Below, one piece after another: positions 13,116 to 25,900 of a DNA stretch of 64,000 nt. Within the stretch, counting starts at the first letter, position 1. Each line of letters begins with the position of its first letter. Under the pieces are notes generated by a model that saw only the letters and a list, made by a program, of their open reading frames with translations, searched no databases and was not told the origin of the DNA. The stretch covers positions 72,044,001-72,108,000 of the forward strand of contig NW_027361738.1 in assembly GCF_039654945.1 (NCBI RefSeq), in the 5' to 3' direction. Source of the stretch: Dendrobates tinctorius (taxonomy: Eukaryota). A program made the position numbers and the translations under genes.

Positions 13116-16095
13116 TTACACTTATTCTCTGTGCTTGCAAAAGCAGAACAGTCCCGGTCCCAGCCACAAAAACAGAACAATTAGATTTTAGTCCACCATT
13201 AAGTACATAGAATCCCTTCCTTCAATATAAAAAGTAACAAAAAAATCCAGTAAAACCACTAAACACGGTATAATCTACATCAGGTTATTATACAGAGATA
13301 GCGGCGACAGTGTAACTAATACCGACGTCATATTGCTACAGATCACTAGAGATGACATTACTACGGTCGCCCGGGGCTGAAGAATAGAGATTTCCTTCTC
13401 ATTATCTGAGACTGATTGTTGTGGCCCCCATCATTAAGGCCTAGTAGTTGTGTTTTGTTCCCTGCAGCACCTCCACAGGTAAAATTAAGTATTACACAAT
13501 TAAGTAGGAACTAAATGCCATTGAAATCAATTGTCTGCACACAAAAAACTGGTTCTAAATCAAGCAACTGCGCCCATCCCATATCGAAACTTCATGTGTT
13601 CACTAGCTCAAGTTTAGATCAGTCTCCCTCATTGTATGGCGGTGTGTCAACAGACAAGTGAAATGTCTAAGATCTAACCTTGGGAATCAGAGAATGTATC
13701 CATTATGTTGGCGCCATTTTTGCACCTATCGAAGACCTATGGGAGGTTAGGTTTTGTTGTTGCTAAACAGACTTTTGGGCATAGGACACATATTTGGCCT
13801 CCTGTCAGTCTCGAAAATGGTGGAGGACAGATTAGCGCCTCGAAATACGGGGCATTCAAGGTTCCTATCCTCAGGCTGATCCCACCTTAGAGCGAGTTGA
13901 ATGAAGCACTCTTAGTGCGAACATGACCAATAATATGTAGACGGCACCACTTTGTAGACGTCAACCCCCAAAAGTGTGTCCCCCAGGATCACAACCTATA
14001 TGAGTAGATGGGCCAATTTTTCCAGATAATGAAAAAAGTACCAATGTGTCCATTACAGCAAGATGTATGGGAGATTGGGCTTTGCAGTGTACACACTTTG
14101 GGGCACAGCCCTGTTCATCTATGTTGGACACATGCTTGGCCCCCACAGTTTCAGAAGTGCTAAAGGACAATCTGGCTTCCCGAGAAAGAGCCACTAGGGT
14201 TCAGATTCTGAGATTGACGTCACCTTAGAAAGTAGATTAGCGCCTCATTAATGTGAGCATCATCAACACTGTGCAGGAGGCTCAACGTTATCGAGGACCA
14301 CCCCCAAGGTATGGTGTCTAACCCCCAAGGAGTGCCCTTCAAGGCTCAGACCCTGTCAGATCAGTTGGTCCAATATTTCCAAAAGGAAAAACCGTGCCCA
14401 GTTAAGTACCAATATGTCCATTACAAGGTGGAGAGCAATGACCCCTATCCTTCAGCTCTGGACACCCCCATTACATGGCAGAAGATCAAGCCATTTAGGA
14501 CACTGGTGTAATAAGGTTATCACGCACAGACATTTCTAATGACTTGAGACGATAGCAGAACAAAATCACAAAACAAAAACGGATGTTGGCAAAAACTGAA
14601 TTCAGGAAAATTTACCCGAGTAAAGAAATAACTTATTTACTAAATTAATAAACATTTCTATACAGTGTATTATATTTATGTACAGGTGTAGTTATGAAAA
14701 ACAGATTCACGGAAAATTCACGGGAGTTTCAGTCATTTGAGAATAAAAGTTGTTGTTATCTTTTTTTTTAATGATCCCTTTAATTGTTTTAAAAAGAGGT
14801 AAACGAAATAACACAAATCATGACCTATTATACAGAACGGAAAAAAAATTATATTTACCCTAATCCTTCTTTGGTGTAAAATGTCTTGTCGTATTACTCA
14901 CAAAAGATTATAGGTCCCGATTCATCAAAGCGTTTTCTGGTCTACAACACTGTGAAAAGTCGTAAAACTTTTGTCTTTCAATGAGTTTTCACGCTAGTTT
15001 CAGCCTGACCTACCAAAGTGAGATGAGCTGGCGGTGAGACGGGGCGAATCCCACCTGATAAGTTCATCAAAATTTGTAGCTTAAGTTACGCCAGAAATGT
15101 TACTCCCGTCACTATGAAAAGCCTGTCATAATGAACTCGTGCCCATAGTGATTTACTGTCAAAACTTCGATATTTCAAGATACCCTACCTGTGGTCATAA
15201 CGATACACTAAATGTCCTTGATTAGAAAAAGGGATCGTATCTTGTCCTTTGTCTGGCATCACAGGTTAGCCCTGTTCACTTAAATGGGACCAAGCACATT
15301 AAGACACTTGATGATGTTACTGGCGTTACTGGGGGGGGGGTAAAAAAAAAAAAAAAAAAAATGAATCAGTTTGATTAATCTAAGACAACCTGAATGGGGC
15401 TGTTCAATATTAGTATTCTGTTGAATGGTATAAATAAACAATGTTCCAAACTCTTCTCTTCATTCCACCACTAGATGTAATCCTCAACAGTCTTTCTACA
15501 GCCTGTGATCGCTGCAGCAAAGGTAAACATATACATGACTGCTGCAGTCAATCACTGGCCTTACAGGCGTGTTATGTCTGTGTGTACTGCACGAGAATTT
15601 TAAGTCTAGTGATTGGGTGCAGAGAGCACCTAAACGTAATGCAGGTGATCGCTGCAGCATAGGAAACAAAGGCCAGCTAGGACAATGAACCCTGGAGGAG
15701 TAGAATTAGAAATGAGAATGCAGGATTTTTATTTTCTGATTTATATACCATTCCCTGCTTTTATGAAAAAAAACAACCCTTGGAAGGTATTTTCCTGCTG
15801 CTCTGTAGGCCCCCAATAACGTCTGCCGGGGCTGATATTCATGTGTCCCTGCGTGTGTTGAGGCTGTCAAACAGCCATGAGACATGCAGCGACTCAAACA
15901 TATTTTACGAAGCCGCCGAAGACACTTGTTTAGCACCTGAGCATGCTCAGATAACACCTTAACGAGGATGTTCACTCATCACTAATTAGGACCCGTTGGA
16001 GAATGACAATAACAACGTTTTTGGTGTGTCAATACCCTTTAAAAACTAAGAGCTAATGTTTCCTTGATGCTCAGCCAAATCAATGTCCCTTAGAG

Positions 16096-16249
16096 CAGGG
16101 TTTCCCAACTCCAGTCGTCAAGGCCCACCAACAGATCATGTTTTCAGGATTTCTTTAGTATTGCTCAGGTGATAATTGCTTCACCTGTGCAATACAAAGG
16201 GAATAATAAAAACATGATCTGTTGGTGGGCCTTGAGTTGGGGAATCCTG
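16096..16249. mobile_element. hAT MITE
   Basis: TIR CAGGGTTTCCCAACTC / GAGTTGGGGAATCCTG; perfect 8-bp TSD CCTTAGAG. Confidence 0.9.
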
Positions 16250-16739
16250 CCTTAGAGGACACCAAGCGTGGACCTTCACTGTAATACTAGACCCCCCTCG
16301 CTCACAATGACTCAATGAGGCCAAAGATAAAAGATGTTGAAAATCAATTATGTAATAGGTCAATTAGAAGTCGAAATTCTCACGCAGCGGACAAAAGAAA
16401 GAGGACATCTGTTCTACAGGTGATCCTATAGAGAATCATGTACAATACGAGAGATATCACAACCGAGTGCAAGTACGTGGTCACCAGGAATAAAACACCA
16501 GGACGTCACTAATTACCCATCATGAATTGGCGGCGTAACGAGAACTTCTGAAATGTCCACGATTCTCTCTTTACAGTGTATTATACAAGGGTTTCAATGG
16601 GACGAAGATCTGTGGAACCTAAACCTCGGCTTAATAAATCGGCTAATTGTGAAATTAAAAAAGGCAAGGTCTAATAATGGGGGGGTGACGGTACAGGTGT
16701 TACATAGGTGCTACAGCTAAGAGTCCGGGCTACTAGGGC

Positions 16740-16953
16740 TTATAGAAGAGCCTTCTGGGAGTAGTTCTGTGGTTGATCTTGGCTGGCTGAGGATGGAGAG
16801 AGAGTAGTAGAGGGTAGTGTATAGTTTGGGACATGGGACATGTTCGTACCAGTCTGATAAATAGGGAGGTCAATGGCAGCGGTAGGATTTGGCGTGTATC
16901 CTTGCGTTGGCCCAACATACGCGTTTCCTGCGGCAATTCTGGCAACTGTGGAC
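16740..16953 (-). CDS. STAM: STAM terminal coding exon 14 (...[30 protein letters not shown])
   Basis: Inside ORF 16740..17027; pyrimidine tract plus CAG acceptor; C-terminus YSQKALL as in STAM1. Confidence 0.92.
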
Positions 16954-19900
16954 CTGAAAGACAAGGGCGAAGGAGAGAAATATATTAGATAGGGATTACA
17001 ACCCTCGCAAAGAAAAAATGATCGCAAAACTTTCCACTAGTCAAAGCTTCAAGTTTGCATTTCAATATCTTGCAGTCACTGATTGAAAATTCTTGAGAAC
17101 TTCTTGCAGCCACAATCATGGCGCACGTTATACATCTGTAATATAGCTGCTGACGGTGGGTTATATGGATCATAGGGATCCGCGACGCTGTTAGTGTTGG
17201 TCAGTGGACTCGCAATCAAACTAAGCATAACAGTCCAGAGCTGAGCTTTATAGCAGAGCGAGCTTTTTAGCAGAGCTGGGGAACGTCAGGTGTCTCACAT
17301 GTAGAAATGTAGCAGAGCTAAGCTTTGTAGCAGAGCCCAGCAGCACAGCAGAGCTAGGGATGTTACAATGTATACTCACAAATGTGAGGTAAATGCATCT
17401 GCAATAAATCCATCTCCCGATTATATGTTACTCATTATGAAGTGCCGGCATTGTGGGGTGTTTTTTTTGTTTTTTTTCTGTAGTGTATTATACAAGCCTT
17501 ATTAAGGCTCCTTTGGTGACAGCTTAAGTAGTGTCATGGTGCACATGCTTTTCTATTTTTCAGGTGCAAAGGAGAAAACTACTGGAAAACAGTCAGAAAA
17601 ACACATCACTCTCAGAGAACAAAAAAAAAGGAAAAACACTGACCGCCAAAATGACACAGAATAAAACACACAAAGATCAGTGCTTTGGGATGCCAAGAAT
17701 AAGGCAATGCCGAGCCCAGAATTTGAAATAGGCAGAGGAGCACATCTTCCACTTCTGCTCTATTTGTTGTCAATGAGGCTAGTGGAAAAAACAGAGCACA
17801 GCGCTCCATTCTTCCCAGCAGTCCTATAGACAATGAATGAAGCAGAGGTCAAGCTTGTGAGTTTGTATGTTCTCCCCGTGTTTGTGCAGGTTTCCTCCGG
17901 GTACTCCGGTTTCCTCCCACACTCCAAAGACATACCGATAGAGAAAGTAGATTGTGAGTCCCAATGGGGACAGTGATGATAAAGTCTAAAGTACTGTAAA
18001 AAATAATGGTGCTATATAAGTGACTAAAAAAAATTAAAATACATAACATATAAACACACCTCATGCAATATCAAAAAATGGAACCAGAACCTTTCCACCA
18101 ATGCTATATAAAATAAATTCTACTGTACAAAAAACATTTTAAAAGGGGTTGTCCAATACTTTACTTAAAAATGGGCCCTAAAATTAAACTAGATGGGCAT
18201 TTCCTGAAGGAAATACATGGTGCTTGAACAGAGCTGCCATCTTTACAGCAGTGTATCAGGTGTCGACTGTAAGAAAGTAAAGTTAGAATATGAATGCATT
18301 ACACATCCCCGTTCTAGTGATTTGGGGGGTGTTTTTAAGTAATTTTTATACACAGTCAGCCTTTGGGGGATGCTCTGATCCTAATGCACACACTTAAAAT
18401 TAAATCTATGACGAAAAAGTCACTCAGACCCCGCTTTTCGGGGTATTTTTTCATCGCAGTCGAATGTTAATGTGTGCAGTAGCATTTAGCTAAGGATTCC
18501 TCAGATTTTCCCGCAAAAATCGCATGCGTTTTTTGCGGGAAAATTAGAGGAACCCTTAGCTGATGCTACTGCACACATGAAAATTGCACTGCGATGCCAA
18601 AATACCCCGTAAACCGGGGTCAGAGTGACCTTTTCTTCACAGATCACCTCTGACAACCTGCCCCAGGCTCCTCCAGCCTCTGACAACCTGCCCCAGGCTC
18701 CACCAGCCTCTGACAACCTGCCCCAGGCTCCACCAGCCTCTGACAACCTGCCCCAGGCTCCGACAGCCTCTGACAACCTGCCCCAGGCTCCGACAGCCTC
18801 TGACAACCTGCCCCAGGCTCCGACAGCCTCTGACAACCTGCCCCAGGCTCCGACAGCCTCTGACAACCTGCCCCAGGCACTTCCAGCCTCTGAAAACCTG
18901 CCCCAGGCTCCGACAGCCTCTAACAACCTGCCCCCAGCCTCCGACAGCCTCTCACAACCTGCCCCAGGCTCCGACAGCCTCTGACAACCTGCCCCAGGCT
19001 CCGACAGCCTCTGACAACCTGCCCCCAGCCTCAGACAACCTGCCCCCAGCCTCCGACAGCCTCTGACAACCTGCCCCAGGCTCCGACAGCCTCTGACAAC
19101 CTGCCCCAGGCTCCGACAATCTCTGACAACCTGCCCCCAGCCTCTGACAACCTGCCCCAGGCTCCAACAGCCTCTGACAACCTGCCCCAGGCTCCGACAG
19201 CCTCTGACAACCTGCCCCAGGCTCCGACAGCCTCTGACAACCTGCCCCAGGCTCCGACAGCCTCTGACAACCTGCCCCAGGCTCCGACAGCCTCTGACAA
19301 CCTGCCCCAGGCTCTTCCAGCCTCTGACAACCTGCCCCCAGGCTCCGACAGCCTCTGACAACCTGCCCCCAGGCTCCGACAGCCTCTGACAACCTGCCCC
19401 AGGCTCCGACAGCCTCTGACAACCTGCCCCAGGCTCCGACAGCCTCTGACAACCTGCCCCAGGCTCCGACAGCCTCTGACAACCTGCCCCAGGCTCCGAC
19501 AGCCTCTGACAACCTGCCCCAGGCTCCGACAGCCTCCGACAACCTGCCCCCAGCCTCCGACAACCTGCCCCCAGCCTCCGACAACCTGCCCCCAGCCTCC
19601 GACAACCTGCCCCCAGCCTCCGACAACCTGCCCCCAGCCTCCGACAACCTGCCCCCAGCCTCCGACAACCTGCCTCCAGCCTCCGACAACCTGCCCCCAG
19701 CCTCCGACAACCTGCCCCCAGCCTCCGACAACTTGGTAGCCACTTTGGCTATTGGCTATTAGCTAATACGGGTCATGTGAGGAAGCTGCATTTGCATAGC
19801 TGCCATCTTTGTAAGGTCACTGCACCTGCGCTGTGGCTTCAATCCCTGTCAGTTGGGGGTCATGGAATGGTCGTCCTTAATTCCTAGGGGAAAATTTTTG

Positions 19901-22900
19901 CTTAAAATGCGATTTTTTTAGAAAAAACTACAATTCGGATCGACTCCAAAAATACATAGCACACCTATCCCCACCGAGGGCTTCGAAACGCCGCTGAACG
20001 GGGTCTCTGTGCCAAGCGGTTCGGGCCGCATTAATTGCAGAAAACGCGGAGAAGAAGTAGAATAAAGTTTAAGAAATCGGATTACAATAAGTTGCTTGAA
20101 CCTAGGAGGTTCAAGCACCATAAAAAATTTTTTTTTAAAAATGCGCACTCATCTGTGAACGCTGCAAGCAATTAGTTTGCTTAGATTGTCGGCAGTAGTC
20201 ACACGACCCCTCCTGCCAAAGCGAAGAGATCGACAGCAATGCTGAGGAGCAGTAACATAGGGATAAAGTCTATTGTAAAGGGAACCCGGCGCTGATGTTT
20301 ATAGCAACTCAACAGTAAGCTGCTGCCGGGGATAACTACCCTCATTTTCTTCTGCACTAGTTGTATGTGACATAGGGAGAGACTAAATACAAGCTCCAGT
20401 GACACCGAGATATGGGAGAACATTATCGCTTAAATGCTGTGTAAAAGTACAAAAATATATTCACGTTACTTATAGGAAGCTTGTGGTGACTGGCTGGGAA
20501 GTTCGGAGGCAGTAGGAAGCACTGCGGCTACCGGAAGCTGTTCTGGAGGGACTGGGTAGGTCTGTATGGGGCCCATCTGCGTGTTCCCACTGACAAGGTA
20601 AGTGGCGTTCGGATGTTGTCCTTGATACGTCTATAAAAAGAAGCAATGAAAATAAAAATCAATAGAAAAGTTTCTTCCTGCAGAAGAACACAGGGCAGCG
20701 TCCAGACGGAAATTACAGCACCTGCTGTGCAGGGCCCCCTGCTGGAGGCATGTAGTACTGCTGGTTCTGCATCTTGGCGTACATGGAATACATCGGGTCT
20801 TCGTTCATTAACTTTGTGTATAATGACAGCGCTTCCATCACCTTGACGTTGAGTTCTGAAAGTTCAGAGTGTTTCCTGCAAAACAGCAGAGATGGTCACG
20901 ATGCGGAGTTACATTTTCTGCAGGAATGTTACAGTATTATATGAAACAAGACCAAATCGTAGGTCAAAAAGCGGCTACCAATCACAACGTTGTTCCACCT
21001 TCAACAATTCTGGGAAGGATTTCTACAAGATATTGGATGCGTCTGTGGGAATTTTAGCACCTTCGTCCAGGGGAACATTTGCGAGGTCAGGCACTGATGT
21101 TGGGGAGAGGCCGGGATCACAATCTACCATCTAGATCATCCCAAAAGTGTTGGATGGGTTCAGGTTTGGGCTCTGTGTGGCCGGTTATGTTCCTCCACAC
21201 CAAACTATCCCAATCAGATGCCAGACAGAGAGCATAGGCCATCAATACAAGATCGGCGAGGGTCTCACACTCCCACTGATCAGTTGTGTTTTGCTCAGCA
21301 GACCCATTCAAGGTGTTTATTTCTGGATACCGCTGGAGCAAAAAACATCTGATCGGAGGGGGTGCTGGGGTTGGATACCCACTGATCTGGTATTGACTAC
21401 CTATCCTGTGAGTCATCAATACTGTGTGCCTGGACAACCCCTTTTAGCCTCCATTATGTCAAGATAACCAGTGCAGAGATTAAACCTACCTGTCAATATC
21501 TTCCAACTTTTCATCAATCATTGGCCCCATCTGGTGACACGCAGCTACGAACAAAAAGCGTTAGATGCAGTAAATGAAATTTATAACACCCTATAGGCAC
21601 AATACATGATAACAAATAATCTGGAACATTTTTTCTTAGAGCTATCCCTCAGTTATTCCTCATGGAAATAAATTAATATTAGTTGTGAGTGTAACACTGA
21701 GCACTCTAAAAAGGGGTCCTCAAATCAAAGAGAATGGTAAATGTCCATTATCGGGGGAATGCCAGGATTTTCTAAACACAGGAGTCAGAAGGGGAGACAA
21801 GTTCTCTGCATGTAAGTTTTCTAATAAAATGCTTTGTGTTTGCACAGAACGGACATGACAAATGAGACACGCGGGTGTTGCAGTAAATTAAGTTGGGAAA
21901 TCTGAATGAAAACGATAAACGCGTCAATAGCGCTGACAAACGGCTACGATTATGTCCGGACCAGGGAGTCAGACAAACCAATCCATCACTAGTCAGCTGA
22001 CAGCACATCGCTGGTCAAGGCTACACTTTTCAATATTAACTAGCCATACACTGAACTGTGTGACGCCGCCCGTTTACAGCCGAGGGGAATATTCACTGTA
22101 AGTTCCTACACACCTACTGCATTTCATTTTCAGACTTTACTTAAAAGGATATGAACACTTTGGAGGACATTTATTCTTTAACCCAAATGTAATGACTGAA
22201 GCTGAACATAACCTATACAAACGGGTTTGATTTAAAAACGTTGAACAGTTTGGCCCTTTTGCTTCCCTGCACGTTGCTGGCTGCAGAACAATTTAACTAA
22301 CAATTTGTATATGAGCCCAAAAGAGGGAGATTGTAACACTTCTATATATCTTTTTCTGACCGCAGACCACACTGAAGTGGAGCTTAACTTTGATGTGGTT
22401 AAACATCAGCTGAGCGGCACCCAGAAATAGACAAATAAAAGACAAAAAACTTTGTCAGAAAGAGCTCACCGACAAGATTCCCAGTTATCTCATTCTGGAG
22501 CCAGTGATGTGCAGGAAAACACAGAGTCTGTATAAGCCAAACGGTACAACAAAACCCAAATGCAAAAATTATTTTAGCCCCAAAAGGAAAAAAAAAAGTC
22601 CTTGAATTATTATTTTTTTTTGTGCAGATCTCACACAATTTACAGTACAATATTAGTGGATGCGACTTTCAAAACTCCTAATGACTGGTAGCAGAAAATA
22701 ACAGTGCGGGATCTAAAGTAAGCGAACATGGCCGATCATCATTTTAGAAAGGGAGAACCTTGGTCTTGTCCATGCTCACCTTCAAGGTGGATAAGATCAG
22801 ATGGATCGGGTAAACCATCGGTGGGATCTGCGCTCTGCAACATCTGTAGTAACTGATCCATTTTTTCCTACAGAGACAAGAAAACGGAAGAATTTATGGA

Positions 22901-25900
22901 TTTGAAAGTTTAAAAAATGAACCCACTTACGTATAGCCCAAAGTAAAATGGTCACTGCGGGTTCAGATAATTTAGTCGCGCAAAAAGTAACAAAAAAAAA
23001 AATCCAAAGCGCCCTCCACTGGTTATCTCCTTTCTGACTAACTCAAGGTCCACTGACTACAATGAGAAATCCAACAGTCCAGACACCCGGCTGGATGCCA
23101 GTAGTGGAGGGTTTCGGACTATGGCCGGCTCCTGTTGTGCTAGTAGCCACAGCCTCTCCAGTGCCAATTATGACTCCTCTAATTACCTATGTGGGGAGAA
23201 TTTATCAATCTATTTTTTGCCAGAAAACCAGAGTAGAAAACCTGTACATTTTACATAACATGAAGTTGAGAAACATTTTTTGGCTTTTATGCTGGATCCA
23301 ATAATTTTTTAGAAAAGTGAGCAAAGAAAGGACTTGGCCTCAAAAATGGCGTCAATTATAGCAAAAATGTACTTGGGTCCATGGTGCACTTGCAGCTGAG
23401 ACATACGCCAAATTCATTTAGAGGAGAACTTGAGGGAATCTGTCGGCAGGATTTCACATCCCAAACTATATATATGTGCACGTATCACTTTAAAAGTACA
23501 GCAACAATACCTTTACATGGCCGGTTCATTCATCAGTTACTGATAAATCTGTATCTTCATTGATATTCAAATGAAGGTAAAGGACTATTAGTAGATCTGA
23601 AGCCTCTGTCACCCCAGCTCTATTCCCCACCCGTTGCCATGTCCTTCTGTCTGACCGACAGCTTCTATGCTGTGTGACTTTAAGCAAAGGAGCAGTCAGT
23701 ACAGCAGGAGGACGCAGCGCTGGGTGGGGAATAGAGCTCGAGCCTGCAGAACAAAACGCCAGTCATGATGAATTCCCTCCGTTCTATGTACTAGCCATTA
23801 ATTCTCTGCTATAACAGGATCGGTCCCGGCCAGCATATGGCTCAGCGATATTCAGCGGAAGGCCGTCAACCCTGTCTACTCTTCTATATATGTGTGCTCA
23901 CAGCGATGCATGGCAGCCTGCAGAGAAGCCACGCTAACATCTGCTGGATGAGAGAAACCTCACAATCCAATCCCCCCTCCTCCCACTACACTTTACTGCA
24001 GGAGGAAGCTGCATCCTTCCCGCTGGTGGGAGGCCCCCTCGCGAGTGGCCATCCTTCCCGCTGGTGGGAAGTCCCCCCCCCCGCGAATGGTCATCCTTCC
24101 CGCTGGTGGGAAGTCCCCCCCCCCGCGAATGGTCATCCTTCCCGCTGGTGGGAGGCCCCCCCCCGCGAATGGCCATCCTTCCCGCTGGTGGGAGGCCCCC
24201 CCCCGCGAATGGCCATCCCTCCCGCTGGTGGGAGGCCCCCCCCCCGCGAATGGCCATCCCTCCCGCTGGTGGGAGGCCCCCCCCGCGAATGGCCATCCCT
24301 CCCGCTGGTGGGAGGCCCCCCCCCGCGAATGGCCATCCCCCCCGCTGGTGGGAGGCCCCCCCCCCCCCCGCGAATGGCCATCCTTCCCGCTGGTGGGAGG
24401 CCTCCCCCCCGCGAGTGGCCATCCTTCCCGCTGGTGGGAGGCACTGCAGACATGCCAGTGCAGGATGGTAAAGAGGAGCACAGAAGAATTGTACCACTGG
24501 AGGGGAATTTCCTGATTTAACAGTGAATCCGCCGGTAATCATCAGCAACATCCATAAGAAACCCCACTGACTTCCAAAGTAAACTCAACAGGGGAAATTC
24601 ACAGCATACATTGACAAAATCCACAGGTCGATTTCTACTGCAGCGTTCTCCCAGATCACCTGGATTCCATGTATACAAGGTCATCCACTTTCTACTAGTA
24701 TCCCGCTAAGGATTTTTTCCAACTAATTTACCTGTAAAATCCACAGTGTATCCACTAACATACCCTTAGGACAAGGTTCCTGTGGCACTCCAGCTGTGGC
24801 AAAACCACAACTCTCAACACGCTCTTAACAGCTGATCAGCGGGGGTCGGCAAGTGTCAGACCGGACTGCTATTGATGACTTATTCGGCAGAGAGGACATT
24901 GTCCTATGCCAGAACAATCCCTTTAACAGTCTCACAGGCATATATGGTTGTTGTGTTTGGGTCAAGTGATTAGCAGCCGGTCCGGACATTACAGTCTGTG
25001 CTCCGACAGGGAAAGTCAAATGTGTAAAGCTGGCCTCAGAGTTTATCGAAAAGTACAACTGACAAAGCGGAGTTGGTACCCCTCAGCAGAAACTAAGTGC
25101 CCCGTCCATCCCACATCTCTTTTTACCATGTATCACCCCGCCGCCATGCATGACGGGTTACCTCATCGATGTACACCGGCTCTGGCTCTGGTTCTATTGT
25201 CTCCACTTGGACTTCATCACTGAATTGGACCGTCTTCTTCTCAGTCTTCACTGGAGATAAAGACAGGAATTTACCATACCATATAATGTACTGAGAAATA
25301 GGGGAAAAAATCCAAGTTTGGAAGTTTGGTGGAATTGTACAAAGATGGCAATCGTGCGGACTATCAGCAGGTTGCATTGCAACCCATCGGCTCCCTGCGA
25401 TCGTGTTGAGGGAGGGAGAAAAGGCACCTTAAAAATGCGTGGAACCCAGACTGTATGCCCAAAATGCTGCTGTCAGAGATTGACAGCAGCATTTAAGTGT
25501 TGAAACAGGAGCAGTAATCAGAGCAAGCCCCTTTTGCTGCTGTTAGAGGCAGTCGCGGGCTGTATAAGGTCCTGATTCTGAGCCATAGACCTGACATGTA
25601 ACGTATCTGTCAAAGGAACCGGTTAACGCATGTTAAAATGTATTTATTCCATGTCTTTATTACGACAGCTTTTACCTGTATAAAAAAAAAAATGCAACTT
25701 TTTGGAGACTTTTATGAAGTATTAATAATTTGTCGAACTTCATTCACTTTTTAAATTTTGGGGAAGACAATAAAAGAATGGAGTATCAAATGGCATTAAA
25801 AAAAAAATGATATATTTGGTGGAGGCATTTACAGCAAGAAAAGATTGCAAAGCAAGACTGTCCAAAAAAAAGAAAAAAAAAAAAAAATCAAATTTGGATA

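Noticed and set aside
10690-16740. STAM poly(A) site
   Set aside because: Several minus-strand AATAAA/ATTAAA candidates (e.g. 15728, 10695); cannot choose from sequence alone
18501-19743. ORFs of 263-286 aa with [10 protein letters not shown] repeats
   Set aside because: Minisatellite artefact in intron 13
23837-24551. Six overlapping Pro/Gly-rich ORFs
   Set aside because: GC-rich tandem repeat lacking stops on both strands
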